Positions 44,081 through 54,729 of a DNA stretch of 63,601 nucleotides are shown piece after piece. Below the pieces are notes generated by a model that was given only the letters and a program-made list of their open reading frames with translations, searched no databases and had not been told where the DNA came from. The position numbers and the translations under genes were made by a program. Source of the DNA: Elusimicrobiota bacterium (lineage in GTDB: Bacteria > Elusimicrobiota > Elusimicrobia > UBA1565 > UBA9628); assembly GCA_016207605.1 (NCBI GenBank), contig JACQPJ010000023.1:1-63601 (forward strand), written 5' to 3'. Positions within the stretch are counted from its first letter, which is position 1; the number at the start of each line of letters is the position of its first letter.

Positions 44081-45064
44081 CTATCCCCCTAATGAGCACA
44101 TAAAGCTTTCCCGGACTCCGCCGCCCTCGGGCGCCATCTGGTGGCGCTCGGGTTTCATGGCCACCACCTGGCGCAGCAACGCGGCGATCTCCGCGTCGCC
44201 GGCTCCAGCTCTGAGGGATTCCCTTAGATTTAGGCCCGCTTCCGAGGCCAGACAAGGCAGAAGCCGCCCCTTCGCGGTCAAGCGCAAGCGGTTGCAGCGG
44301 CCGCAAAAGTTGCAGCTCAAAGCGGAAATAAAACCCACGGAGCCCAGTCCAGCCGGAGACTTGAAGTACACCGCGGGACCGAACCCGAGGGGCTGTTCCG
44401 CCGGGCTCAGAGGCTCGAGCGGTCCGCAGCGCGCTTGGATTTCACGCAGCGGCAGCCAGCGCCGGGCATTGAAGAAACCCGTCTCTCCGATGGGCATGAG
44501 CTCGATAAAACGGACATGAACCGGCAAACGATGGGTGAGCGAGACAAAATCGGGAATTTCATCGGAATTGATGCCGTTCATCACCACGACGTTGATCTTG
44601 ACGGGCGAGAACCCCGCGTCGAGGGCCGCCCGGATTCCGCGCATGACGACCTCAAGGCCGCGGCGACGGGCAATCGCCGGGAATCGTTCGGCCCGCAGCG
44701 TATCCAGGCTCACGTTGACCCGCGTCAATCCGGCGCGGCGCAAATCCTCCGCCAGCTTGGATAGAAGCACCCCGTTCGTTGAAAGGGAGATATCCGTCAG
44801 GCCCGGAGTGGCCGCGATGGCTCCGAGCAGATTGACGATTCCTGGACGGGCCAGCGGCTCTCCCCCCGTCACGCGGAGCTTGTTGATTCCAAGGCTTGCC
44901 GCGACCCCGACGAGACGCACGATTTCCTTGTCGCTTAAGAGTTCTTCCGAAGCGGACCCAGCGACGCCTTGAGCGGGAAGACAGTAGACACAGCGCAGAT
45001 TGCAGCGGTCCGTGACCGATAGGCGGAGATAATCAATCCTGCGGCCGAAGGGATCGGTCAACAT
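44081..45064 (-). CDS. moaA: GTP 3',8-cyclase
   Basis: YLRLSVTDRCNLRCVYC, FCGRCNRLRLT, C-terminal GG. Confidence 0.95.
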   Translation of the reverse strand: MLTDPFGRRIDYLRLSVTDRCNLRCVYCLPAQGVAGSASEELLSDKEIVRLVGVAASLGINKLRVTGGEPLARPGIVNLLGAIAATPGLTDISLSTNGVLLSKLAEDLRRAGLTRVNVSLDTLRAERFPAIARRRGLEVVMRGIRAALDAGFSPVKINVVVMNGINSDEIPDFVSLTHRLPVHVRFIELMPIGETGFFNARRWLPLREIQARCGPLEPLSPAEQPLGFGPAVYFKSPAGLGSVGFISALSCNFCGRCNRLRLTAKGRLLPCLASEAGLNLRESLRAGAGDAEIAALLRQVVAMKPERHQMAPEGGGVRESFMCSLGG

Positions 45065-45669
45065 GGCTTCTTCCGCCTCGCCCTTTCGTACTCTTGCCTT
45101 GTGTCGAGGTCCACAAAAGAGAGGCCCGCCGGATCCGCCGATTTGACCTCCGCTTCCAGATAGAAACGAGTGCGGACGATATCGAAAAGCTCCTGAATCT
45201 TGAGCCGCTGGTCTTTGATCAGACATTCGATGACCCCGCGGCATTTTTTGGAGTAGATTCCGCACAGCGGCTGCGGCTTTTCACGCCAGACGGGGATGAC
45301 GGCGTCATAGCCCCGGCCCGCATCCCAAAGGTTTTTCACCAGCTTCGGCCGCAGAAAAGGCATGTCGCAGGCGCAGACGAACACATGCTCGGTCGCGGCG
45401 TGGGACAAACCGGACCAGATCCCGCCCAGGGAGTGAGACTCCGTCGTCATGTCCTTGACGACCCGCACATTTGTCTTGTTCCAAAATGGAAATGATTCCG
45501 GATTTTTCACTACGACAAGGTTGGACGGGAACATGCCCGAGAGGATCTCGACCACGCCCTCCACCATGGTCTTGCCTTTCCATGACGCCAAGGCCTTGTT
45601 GGAACCAAAGCGGCGGCTTTCGCCGCCCGCCAGCACCACGCCCGTGACCCCTTTCATCATTTCAGCCAT
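45058..45669 (-). CDS. mobA: molybdenum cofactor guanylyltransferase
   Basis: LAGGESRRFGSNKA, ACDMPF, QPLCGIY. Confidence 0.92.
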   Translation of the reverse strand: MAEMMKGVTGVVLAGGESRRFGSNKALASWKGKTMVEGVVEILSGMFPSNLVVVKNPESFPFWNKTNVRVVKDMTTESHSLGGIWSGLSHAATEHVFVCACDMPFLRPKLVKNLWDAGRGYDAVIPVWREKPQPLCGIYSKKCRGVIECLIKDQRLKIQELFDIVRTRFYLEAEVKSADPAGLSFVDLDTRQEYERARRKKPC

Positions 45670-46871
45670 CTAAAAGCCAGCGTGTCCCCTTGCCGCACGC
45701 GGCTCATGCCTATCGGAGCGATCGCCAGCGCGTTGGCCTTGCAGGCCATCCCAAGCATCGCGGAGCCTTGCGGCCGGATGATTTGAAGTTTGTAACCGTT
45801 CTCCTCCCGCTCGGCTTGGCAAAACAGGTACTGCTGCCTGTCCTTGGGTTTCGGGTAATCGTTGGCCGCCCTGCCGCTCAAGTGATAGCTGGGATATCCC
45901 GGAGCATGGCCTTGCAGCTTCTCCAGCGCCGGACGAACGAATTCTTCGAGGCAGACCATCACCGAAACGGGGTTTCCCGGCAGGCCGAAGACCAGTTTGC
46001 CGCCGCACACGCCGAACAAGAGAGGTTTTCCCGGCTTGATGGCAGCCTTCCAAAAGACCAGCCGCAAATCCAGCTGCTCCAGAACGGTCTTGGTGTAGTC
46101 GAAGTCGCCCGCTGAAACTCCGCCGGTGACTAGGAGCACGTCCGCGCCCGCCAGGGATTCTTCCAGGGCTTGCCGCATCAAAGGCGGGTCATCCTTGACG
46201 ATGCCTTTGTCCAGAGGGCTGGCTCCCCATCGGGAGAGCGCGGCAGCCAGGGTGGGACCATTGGAATTGCGGATCTTGCCCGGAGCCAGCCTATCCGCGA
46301 CTTCCATCAGCTCGTCGCCGGTCGCCAGAATAGAGACCCGCGGTCTTTTAACGACGAATACATGATCAATTCCCTGGGCGGCCAGCAGGGCCACTTCATA
46401 GGGACGAATCTTGATTCCCCTAGTCAAGATTCGCGCCCCGGAACGGATATCCTCGCCATGACGGCGAATGTGATCTCCGGACTCCGGAGATCGCAGGATG
46501 CCCACCCGCCCATCCCCTTGGTCTTTTGTCACTTCCCTCATCACGACGGCGTCCGCGCCTTTCGGAAGCGGCGCTCCGGTCATGATTTTGATCGCCTCGC
46601 CCGGACGCACCTCCAGTCGGGCCGCGGCACCCGCCCGAATAGTTTCTTTGATTTTAAGAAGCGCCGGAGCGTGTCGCGAGGCGAGGGAGCAATCTTGGAA
46701 CCTCACCGCGAATCCGTCCATCGCTGAATTGTCGAAAGGGGGAAGATCATCCTTGGCGAATATATCCTCGGCAAGCACGCGCCCGACCGATGCGTTGAGA
46801 TCCGCGTCTTCACCGGCAAGGGCATGCGCGCTGTCCAGGATCAGGTCAAGAGCCTTTTGAGGCGGGATCAC
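45657..46871 (-). CDS. moeA: molybdopterin molybdotransferase
   Basis: PPFDNSAMDGFA, IMTGAP, TGDEL, TGGVSAGDFD, KPGKP, GLPGNPVS. Confidence 0.95.
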   Translation of the reverse strand: MIPPQKALDLILDSAHALAGEDADLNASVGRVLAEDIFAKDDLPPFDNSAMDGFAVRFQDCSLASRHAPALLKIKETIRAGAAARLEVRPGEAIKIMTGAPLPKGADAVVMREVTKDQGDGRVGILRSPESGDHIRRHGEDIRSGARILTRGIKIRPYEVALLAAQGIDHVFVVKRPRVSILATGDELMEVADRLAPGKIRNSNGPTLAAALSRWGASPLDKGIVKDDPPLMRQALEESLAGADVLLVTGGVSAGDFDYTKTVLEQLDLRLVFWKAAIKPGKPLLFGVCGGKLVFGLPGNPVSVMVCLEEFVRPALEKLQGHAPGYPSYHLSGRAANDYPKPKDRQQYLFCQAEREENGYKLQIIRPQGSAMLGMACKANALAIAPIGMSRVRQGDTLAFRWLK

Positions 46872-47310
46872 GATAAGCCTCCAATTTGGTCTCTCCCGAG
46901 ACCACGCTTGCGATCATGTTGAAGGCAAAAATGAGGACGCCAAGGAACTGAAGGCCGCCCGAAGCCGCCAAGGCCCACACCCAGCGTCCCCCTTGCCAGC
47001 GATTAAGGCCGAAGAACAAGGCCATCCCCGCGGTGGCTATATTGGCGATGACGAGGTGGCTCCACGCGAGCCGTTCCGAATAAAGCCGCCGTCCGAAAAA
47101 AGCCGGCACGACGCGGTACATCATTCCGTACATGGTCATGGAGACCCAACCCAGCAGCATCAGGTGAGCATGGGATGGTATGAGATAGTACTCGAGGCCG
47201 CGCCACTCGCCGCCCGTCCAGCTCAGCATCATCGCCAATCCCAGGACGGCGCTCGCAACTAAATAAATAACCGCGGCCAATAGGAAGTAGTTGGCGTATT
47301 TTCCCGTCAT
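46846..47310 (-). CDS. small 4-TM protein resembling part of heme-copper oxidase subunit I
   Basis: HAHLMLLGWVS..YG..Y..VP, second His in AWSHL. Confidence 0.65.
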   Translation of the reverse strand: MTGKYANYFLLAAVIYLVASAVLGLAMMLSWTGGEWRGLEYYLIPSHAHLMLLGWVSMTMYGMMYRVVPAFFGRRLYSERLAWSHLVIANIATAGMALFFGLNRWQGGRWVWALAASGGLQFLGVLIFAFNMIASVVSGETKLEAYRDPASKGS

Positions 47311-47816
47311 GGATTATCTCCAGTCGCCTCGGAATCTTCCATCAGCGCAAGGCAGTCTCGGGCGAAGGCCCCCGGATTCGCGTGATGCATAAGACAGGCG
47401 AAGCCGACCGTCTCCGTGCCGAAGGCCGGACACTCGAAACAGCCGGGGCCAAAATACCTGATAAAGACGGTTTTGACCCGCGGATGCATCTGGATGAGAG
47501 CGCCGACGTTGGCATCCAGCAGTTCCATTATCTCCTGCGGCTGCGACGCATTAGGCTGGGGCCGATCGGCCGCAATGGCTGGCCCTGGAGATTCCGATGG
47601 CGGCGAGGTCTGGAATGCAGCCTGGTTCAGGGCATCTAGGAACGATTCCAGGGGGACTCGGTGCAATTTGCATCCCCGCTCGATCGTGGTGAGCTGCCCA
47701 AAAGTTTTTCGAAGGAGAGGGTTGAACAGGGCACGGAAGCCGAATCGGGCAAAAACGGCTTGCGCCGACGGATAGCGCTCAAAGACTTCGGCGACCTTCC
47801 GCTCCTTGGCGATCAT
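47307..47816 (-). CDS. tandem DUF1858-like domain protein
   Basis: VAEVFERYP…VF…GF; second unit VGALIQMHP…GCFECPAFGTETV..AC..H. Confidence 0.7.
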   Translation of the reverse strand: MIAKERKVAEVFERYPSAQAVFARFGFRALFNPLLRKTFGQLTTIERGCKLHRVPLESFLDALNQAAFQTSPPSESPGPAIAADRPQPNASQPQEIMELLDANVGALIQMHPRVKTVFIRYFGPGCFECPAFGTETVGFACLMHHANPGAFARDCLALMEDSEATGDNP

Positions 47817-48337
47817 CTTGCCGCCTCGACCCGGTCTTTTTCATGCCCTTCTCCTTGAAGCATGGCCAGCGCGTGCGGCACGAGGTTGAGGACGGCCTTG
47901 AGCGAATCGGTCGCTCCGCGCGGGCTTCCGGGAAGATTGAGGATGAGAGATCTCCCGCGCGCGCCGGCGATTGCCCGCGACAACACGGCCCGCTCGTTCC
48001 TTTTAGACCCCTCAAGGCGCATCCGCTCCACGAGGCCCGGGAGTTCCTTGTCCAACGCTCCGCGCGTCGCCTCCGGCGTCACGTCCCGAGGACCGAGGCC
48101 CGTTCCGCCCGTGGTCAAAATGAGCGCAAGACCCTTGCCGTCAGACCAGTCCAAGAGCGTTTCCTTGATTTTCTCCCGCTCATCGGGCTCCACCGCGGAT
48201 TGCGCCACCCTCCAGCCTTGAGATTCAACCAGTCTTCGCAAGGCAGGGCCGCTTTCATCACGCCGCAGGCCCTTTGAGCAGCGGTCGCTGATCGTGAGTA
48301 TCCCCACTGTAATTTTCAAACCATTTCCTTTGGTCAT
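47813..48337 (-). CDS. mog: MogA/MoaB family molybdopterin adenylyltransferase
   Basis: [33 protein letters not shown]. Confidence 0.88.
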   Translation of the reverse strand: MTKGNGLKITVGILTISDRCSKGLRRDESGPALRRLVESQGWRVAQSAVEPDEREKIKETLLDWSDGKGLALILTTGGTGLGPRDVTPEATRGALDKELPGLVERMRLEGSKRNERAVLSRAIAGARGRSLILNLPGSPRGATDSLKAVLNLVPHALAMLQGEGHEKDRVEAAR

Positions 48338-48813
48338 AGGTCTCTCCCGCGGATGAAATGCCCGGACCGGCCGCCCTCTTTTTCCACCAGATAGATCGGG
48401 CCGATCAGCATCTCTTTGTCCACGGCTTTTGCCATGTCGTAAATGGTCAAACAGGCCACGCTCACGGCGGTTAAGGCCTCCATTTCAACGCCGGTTCTGC
48501 CTTGGGTGCAAACTGTCGCTTGAACGCATAGGCGATCCGGCTTGGATTCGAATGTTAAATCAACGGAATCCAGGTTGAGGCTATGGCAAAGCGGGATCAG
48601 CTCATCGACCCGTTTGGCCGCCATGATGCCGGCGATCTTGGCGACCGCCATGACGTCGCCCTTGGGAACTTCCCGGTCCCTTATCTGCCGAAGAACTTCG
48701 GGACTCATCCGGACCTCGCCGTAGGCAATCGCCTTGCGCGCGCTCACGGGCTTTGACCCAACGTCCACCATGCGGGCATTTCCGTTGGAATCCAAGTGGG
48801 TCAATGTCTTCAT
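48334..48813 (-). CDS. moaC: cyclic pyranopterin monophosphate synthase
   Basis: [40 protein letters not shown]; start ATG 48813. Confidence 0.95.
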   Translation of the reverse strand: MKTLTHLDSNGNARMVDVGSKPVSARKAIAYGEVRMSPEVLRQIRDREVPKGDVMAVAKIAGIMAAKRVDELIPLCHSLNLDSVDLTFESKPDRLCVQATVCTQGRTGVEMEALTAVSVACLTIYDMAKAVDKEMLIGPIYLVEKEGGRSGHFIRGRDL

Positions 48814-48866
48814 AAAATAAAATGCCAGTCCCTCAAGACGACGGGACTGGCGCGCTTGAATTTCAT
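48810..48866 (-). CDS. putative 18-aa leader peptide [18 protein letters not shown]
   Basis: ATG 5 nt after the riboswitch AGGAG; its TGA overlaps the moaC ATG (ATGA). Confidence 0.55.
   Translation of the reverse strand: MKFKRASPVVLRDWHFIL
48814..48851 (-). terminator. intrinsic terminator-like hairpin inside the leader ORF
   Basis: GCCAGTCCC-N10-GGGACTGGC followed by ATTTTATTTT. Confidence 0.6.
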
Positions 48867-48870
48867 TCAT

Positions 48871-49000
48871 TCTCCTTTCTAACCTCGAGAGGTCAGCTCC
48901 TTTCGGAGCTGGCCCTGTTCCCCCGGCTGCCTGGGATTGGCCCTGCGTCCATATCCTGAATTCCGATCAGGGGTTAGGAGCGCGGGCTCGGAGCCAACTC
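48871..49000 (-). ncRNA. molybdenum cofactor (Moco) riboswitch
   Basis: Minus strand CTCCGAGC…CCTAA…TATGG…GGCC…AGGG-CCAGCTCC-GAAA-GGAGCTG-ACCTCTCG…GAAAGGAG, immediately upstream of moaC. Confidence 0.85.
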
Positions 49001-49007
49001 TAGGAGT

Positions 49008-49214
49008 CTACGTTTTGCTTTCCTCCGGCAATTTTTTAGCCTCGGTTTTTGCCTCTTCCACATTGCGGGAAGCTTCCTTGAGTCCGTTCTTGAATGCATT
49101 GACGGACTGTCCGATCGCCCTCGCCACTTCCGGAACCCGTTTGGCTCCGAATAGAAGCAGCGCCACGAGCAGAATAACCAGCAGTTCCGAGAATCCTATG
49201 TCGAACATCGCCAT
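49008..49214 (-). CDS. tatA: twin-arginine translocase TatA
   Basis: FDIGFSELLVILLVALLLFGAKRVPEVARAIG..V..FK. Confidence 0.93.
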   Translation of the reverse strand: MAMFDIGFSELLVILLVALLLFGAKRVPEVARAIGQSVNAFKNGLKEASRNVEEAKTEAKKLPEESKT

Positions 49215-49253
49215 TCACCTCCCGATCCGTCTTGCGGCATAAGACAAGCCTCT

Positions 49254-49829
49254 TTACTCTTCATACAGTTCCTTGTAGCGGGCAGGATGACTCTTCCTGA
49301 AATCTTCCAATGATTTTCGCCGCGCGGCGGCCCACGCCTTTTGGTTGTTGAGCTTATGGTGATTGGAGTGATACACCAGGAACTCGTATATTTTTTTGCC
49401 TTCCGGATTTGAGATATCGCAGCCTGGCTTGGACATCATCCGCTTGACGTAGCGTTTCCAGATTCCAGCCTCGATCTGCCACACCTTTTTATCCCTGAAT
49501 AACTCCGGCCTGTCTTTCTTGAGAGCCGCGATGGCGGCATCCTGTGCGCCGGGACTGGCGCCCTCGGGTTCCACGAACTGCGAATTAAGCGGCCGCGCGG
49601 CCGTATGACATTTAGCGCACTTGACGCTCAGCAGGGCGTATCCGCTTTGAGTGTCCTTGGGGTATCCCGAAACGTCCAAGGCCGCAGATCCCGAATCGTT
49701 GGCATAAGGATTGGCGAGCGCCTTGGCCTTCTCGTCCTGTCCGCCCTTATCGGCTGCTCCGGCGCTTGCGCCCAGCATCGCGACGGTCGTTGCGACCATG
49801 ACTGCCGCAATCCGCTTGAATATCTCCAT
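49254..49829 (-). CDS. periplasmic monoheme c-type cytochrome
   Basis: Signal peptide, CAKCH, W.RYVKRMMSKPG; GGAGGA RBS. Confidence 0.8.
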   Translation of the reverse strand: MEIFKRIAAVMVATTVAMLGASAGAADKGGQDEKAKALANPYANDSGSAALDVSGYPKDTQSGYALLSVKCAKCHTAARPLNSQFVEPEGASPGAQDAAIAALKKDRPELFRDKKVWQIEAGIWKRYVKRMMSKPGCDISNPEGKKIYEFLVYHSNHHKLNNQKAWAAARRKSLEDFRKSHPARYKELYEE

Positions 49830-49840
49830 CAGTCCTCCCA

Positions 49841-50605
49841 TTACCCAGCTTGCAACGCTTCCGCCATTTTCGGACGGTCAAAAATCGCGTACGCCAAAAG
49901 GGTTGTTTCGTAGAGCCCCATCAATGCTATGGAAAGCAGGACTTGGCTGAAGGCGGTGGGGTCGGGAGTTATTACGGCTGAGAATATGGCGATGCCAAGA
50001 TAGACAGAACGCCTGGAATCCCGCAGTTGCGTCAAATTGAGCACTTCCAAGCGCACCAGGAACCCGAGGACCACCGGCATCTCAAAGGGTATCCCGAAAA
50101 CTAAGAGCATCGTCAGAACGAAAGTGTAGAAGCGGTCAAAAGTCAGCTGCATGACCCCGCCGGCGGCGACGCCCAATCCCAACAGGACGCGCAGGCTGGC
50201 GGGAATGATCAAGGCGTAAGCGAGACACATGCCCAGCAGGAAAAGAGCCGTCCCGGCAATGATGACCGATGCAATCGTCGTTTGTGATTCCCGGGCAAAC
50301 GCCGGAGCCAAGAAAGCGAACAGCTGATAGAGGAGATATGGGGACAGAATGGCCGACGTCAGCGCCAAACCGACTTTTAGAATGACCCAGGCCGGCTCGA
50401 ATGCGTCCAGGAAGACCAGCCGCGTTCCGGGCGGCAGAAGTCCCGTGGAAAGCCAGCGGAAGGCTCGTATGGAAAACGAATTTTCAAAGGAGGGAAGCAT
50501 CAAAACGATGCCCAGAACCAGGAAAAAGACGATCAAGGAACGCAGGAGTCGTGTCCTAAACTCGTCGAGATGATCTAAAAACGGCTTGGGTTCGTCTTGG
50601 ATCAT
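49841..50605 (-). CDS. tatC: twin-arginine translocase TatC
   Basis: FLDHLDEFRTRL, FLAPA, FEMP, AVITPDP; start ATG 50605. Confidence 0.9.
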   Translation of the reverse strand: MIQDEPKPFLDHLDEFRTRLLRSLIVFFLVLGIVLMLPSFENSFSIRAFRWLSTGLLPPGTRLVFLDAFEPAWVILKVGLALTSAILSPYLLYQLFAFLAPAFARESQTTIASVIIAGTALFLLGMCLAYALIIPASLRVLLGLGVAAGGVMQLTFDRFYTFVLTMLLVFGIPFEMPVVLGFLVRLEVLNLTQLRDSRRSVYLGIAIFSAVITPDPTAFSQVLLSIALMGLYETTLLAYAIFDRPKMAEALQAG

Positions 50606-50615
50606 GCGCCGTCCA

Positions 50616-51896
50616 TTAAAAGTCCAGCGTGGCCTGAAAGAAGGCCCAATCCCTCTCCTTATTTCCAACCGTGTTCTTAACGAATCGTCCGGCAAAAAAG
50701 CGGGAATACCCGAACCACAACCCGATCGTGTCGCGGAATTTCGCGCGGACATGCAGGTCGACTTCGTCGCCGATGTTGCGTCCCGAGCCGCCGGTCACGT
50801 CGCGGGCGATGACCGCGCCCGTCTTGTCGTACCAGGCATCGAAGCTGTGGTCCAAAAGAAACTTATGGTAGTCCGCCTGAACCTTCCATCCGGCCGCGGG
50901 AACGATGGAGGCTGTTCCTTTGAAGTCATGACCGTTCCTCCAATAGAAGATGTCCTGGTAGCCCTGATAAAGATGGCCGGTGGGAAAGAGCGGATCGAAG
51001 GTTTGGATTTTGTTGTCGTCGGGCTTGGAATCACCCGAGGCGTAATCGTACTCAACGCCAACGCGCGGTTTATACCGGGATTCGAAGGCATAGCCGCCCG
51101 TCGCCGCCATGGCCCAGGCGCGCGCCTGCTGGCCGGCCTTGCGCCCGAACTGCCAGGCCGCCTCGCCCGAGTAGTCCCAGGCCCCGGGAGTCCCCTTGAT
51201 GCGCGCGCCCAGCGTGCGATCGCTTAAATTGCCCTTGTTGCCCAGCTCGGCCGTCTGCGTCCCATCGCCGAAGTCCCGGCCCAGGACGTAAAGGTCCGCC
51301 TCGTGCTTGGGGACCGCCTTGCAGGAACCATAGAGACCCCAAAAGGTTTGATTGCGCCTCACATCGGCCGTCTGCTTGACGTTGGCGGCGAAAGCATCCA
51401 CGGCCGCCTTCTCAAAGCGATAGCGCAGGCGTCCGCCGTCAAAGGCTCTTCCTATGTTGCTCCAGTCCAGAGGTCCCACCAGCCTTTGGTCGCCGTACTG
51501 AAGCTCCATGCGGCCCGCCCGCAAATCGAGCGGTCGCGCGAAAAGGTTGAGAACCTCCAAATATCCCTGGTGCAGGTCCACATTGGCCGTGTTGGCGGCG
51601 GTATTGGCCTCGGAACCAAAGACGCGCGCGTCCTGCAACTGCAAATAGCCCTTGATATCGTGTCCGGCGTCGGCCTCGACTCCCAGGCGGACGCGCAAGA
51701 GCGTCTGGTCCTGGCCGTGTTTCCCGCCGGGCGTGGCGTAGCTCAGGACGTTGGTCGACTCCTGCCTCGCCCGGATTTGTCCGCCGAACTTGATGGGGAG
51801 GGAGCCCGTCTGGCTCCAGAGCGACGCTGGAAACAGCATCCCCGCAAGGAATGCCGGCGATGCCGATATCCTAGGCCCTTTTCTATTCACTACCAC
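50616..51896 (-). CDS. alginate-export-family outer-membrane beta-barrel (porin)
   Basis: GQIRARQE, QLQDAR.FG, DLHQGY, GRMELQYGDQRLVG..DWSN.GR.FDG, YASGD, C-terminal F. Confidence 0.85.
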   Translation of the reverse strand: MVVNRKGPRISASPAFLAGMLFPASLWSQTGSLPIKFGGQIRARQESTNVLSYATPGGKHGQDQTLLRVRLGVEADAGHDIKGYLQLQDARVFGSEANTAANTANVDLHQGYLEVLNLFARPLDLRAGRMELQYGDQRLVGPLDWSNIGRAFDGGRLRYRFEKAAVDAFAANVKQTADVRRNQTFWGLYGSCKAVPKHEADLYVLGRDFGDGTQTAELGNKGNLSDRTLGARIKGTPGAWDYSGEAAWQFGRKAGQQARAWAMAATGGYAFESRYKPRVGVEYDYASGDSKPDDNKIQTFDPLFPTGHLYQGYQDIFYWRNGHDFKGTASIVPAAGWKVQADYHKFLLDHSFDAWYDKTGAVIARDVTGGSGRNIGDEVDLHVRAKFRDTIGLWFGYSRFFAGRFVKNTVGNKERDWAFFQATLDF

Positions 51897-52975
51897 TCCT
51901 GCCCCTTCTCCTTCGGCATAAGACTGAAGAGGTAATCAATCAACGCGTGGACCTCCTCCTCATCCATGAGGGCCTTCCACGAGTTCATGTGCAGCCGCGG
52001 AGCGATGCCGTTCGGGTCTGCCGGCGCGGCGTTGCGGCCGTTGAGAATGACTTTCTTGATCTCGTCTTCGGTGAAGCCCTCCGCCACCCGGTTCAAGGCC
52101 GGGATCGGGTCCGTCTGCGAGCCCGGGTTGGGCACGCCGCCCTTGGCGTCGGCGCCGTGACAGGCCCCGCAGCCGTAGCGTTGGTAGACGATCTTGCCCG
52201 CGATGAGCGGGTTCTTGGGCTTGGCCGGGATGCCGTGATCGAGCAGAAGGTTGTTCCAGACTGAAAAGGACTTGGCCGGACCGCGCTCTTGGGATCCCCC
52301 CTCCCATACGGCCAGCGCGAAGGGAATCACGCTCCCTCCGGCGAACGCCGCGCCGCCGGGAGCTCGGAGCTTGCGGCGAAGGACCACGGTCCAGGTTCCG
52401 TCTTTCCAGTCGCCCGCCCCGTCGACGGCCTGCTCCCTGCGCCGACCGATCGTGCCCCAGCCTTCGGCCACGAGATCCTCGGGCCTGACGGAATACTTGA
52501 TCGTGTTGTGGATGGCGTCCGGGCGGTAGTAGTCCGAGTATGCCTTCGCGTAGTGCTCCGGCTTGGCCATGGCGGCGCTCCAGCGCCACACGTTGACCGG
52601 ATTGCCTTTCTCGCCCATCATCGGCGCGGGCATCGAGCCGGCCGCGAGCGGGAACTCCAAGGCGACGCCGTCCACGAACTGGCCGGACAGCTCCAGGTCC
52701 TCGCTCTTGCTCGGGTCCGCCCAGCGCAAGCGGAAGAAAATCTCGCTCGCCGTGCGCAGGCTTTGAACCTCGACGCTGGAAATGGCGCCTCCCCCCTGGG
52801 GAACGACGAGCTTCTGCGGCGCCACTGCGACCTTGACGGCGGCGGCCTTCTCCCAGGCCGAGGCGTAGGGGTCAAGTCCGAGTTTGTCGGTCTTATTCGA
52901 GACCAGGTTCTGCTGCGCCGCCAAGGCGGGAACCGCCGCCGCGATGAGAACGAAGAGATGACGCATGCGCTTCAC
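51890..52975 (-). CDS. gamma-type subunit: ethylbenzene dehydrogenase-like heme b domain fused to cytochrome c
   Basis: FRLRWAD, P.PMMG..G.PVNVWRW, WKDGTWTVVLRRKL, AVWEG..QERG..K; C-terminal CGACH. Confidence 0.82.
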   Translation of the reverse strand: MKRMRHLFVLIAAAVPALAAQQNLVSNKTDKLGLDPYASAWEKAAAVKVAVAPQKLVVPQGGGAISSVEVQSLRTASEIFFRLRWADPSKSEDLELSGQFVDGVALEFPLAAGSMPAPMMGEKGNPVNVWRWSAAMAKPEHYAKAYSDYYRPDAIHNTIKYSVRPEDLVAEGWGTIGRRREQAVDGAGDWKDGTWTVVLRRKLRAPGGAAFAGGSVIPFALAVWEGGSQERGPAKSFSVWNNLLLDHGIPAKPKNPLIAGKIVYQRYGCGACHGADAKGGVPNPGSQTDPIPALNRVAEGFTEDEIKKVILNGRNAAPADPNGIAPRLHMNSWKALMDEEEVHALIDYLFSLMPKEKGQEW

Positions 52976-53571
52976 GACGCACCTCCCAGGAGCGAGCGGC
53001 ACAATGCCGACAGCTGCAGATAGAATTCCGGCGCGCCGGCCGCGTGGAGCTTGCGCGCGATGACGCCGAAGGCCTTGAAGACGATCTCCTCGCGCAGTTT
53101 CGTCGACGCGTCAACGACGACGTCCCGCTGCCGGCTCCAACCGTTCAGCTCGGCATGAACGCGCTTGATTTCGAGATAGGCCAGGAACTCGAGGACCGCC
53201 GGCAATCCGTCGGCGCGCTCCTCGGACTCGACGCCGAAGGCTTTATAGAAACCCGCCAGATCGGCGATCTTCTTGGCTTGCCCGTAGGGATCATGAGTCG
53301 CGTGGAACGCCAACTCGAGCGGGCAGGCCGGCGCGGGGCCAAACAGACGGAAGTGCTGCGCTTCCAGTTCGGCGGGCGGCGTCGCGCTCAGGGCCTTCTC
53401 AAGCTTATTGAGGCCGCTCGCGGGCGCGGCGCGGGAGTCGCGTGCGGCGCGCAGCAGCGCGTCAAACCGCGGCCGCCACGCCGCGTCCGGATAGCCGAAA
53501 CCAGCCGAGACCAGACGTAAAGCGATGGCCCGGGGCGGGGCGGGTACTTTTTCCACGGCAGCGGTGGTCAT
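52972..53571 (-). CDS. TorD/DmsD/NarJ-type molybdoenzyme chaperone
   Basis: IADLAGFYKAFG…ERADGL…LEFLAYL. Confidence 0.85.
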   Translation of the reverse strand: MTTAAVEKVPAPPRAIALRLVSAGFGYPDAAWRPRFDALLRAARDSRAAPASGLNKLEKALSATPPAELEAQHFRLFGPAPACPLELAFHATHDPYGQAKKIADLAGFYKAFGVESEERADGLPAVLEFLAYLEIKRVHAELNGWSRQRDVVVDASTKLREEIVFKAFGVIARKLHAAGAPEFYLQLSALCRSLLGGAS

Positions 53572-53579
53572 GATCTCTC

Positions 53580-54716
<1,137 letters not shown>

Positions 54717-54729
54717 CGCATCCCCCCTG

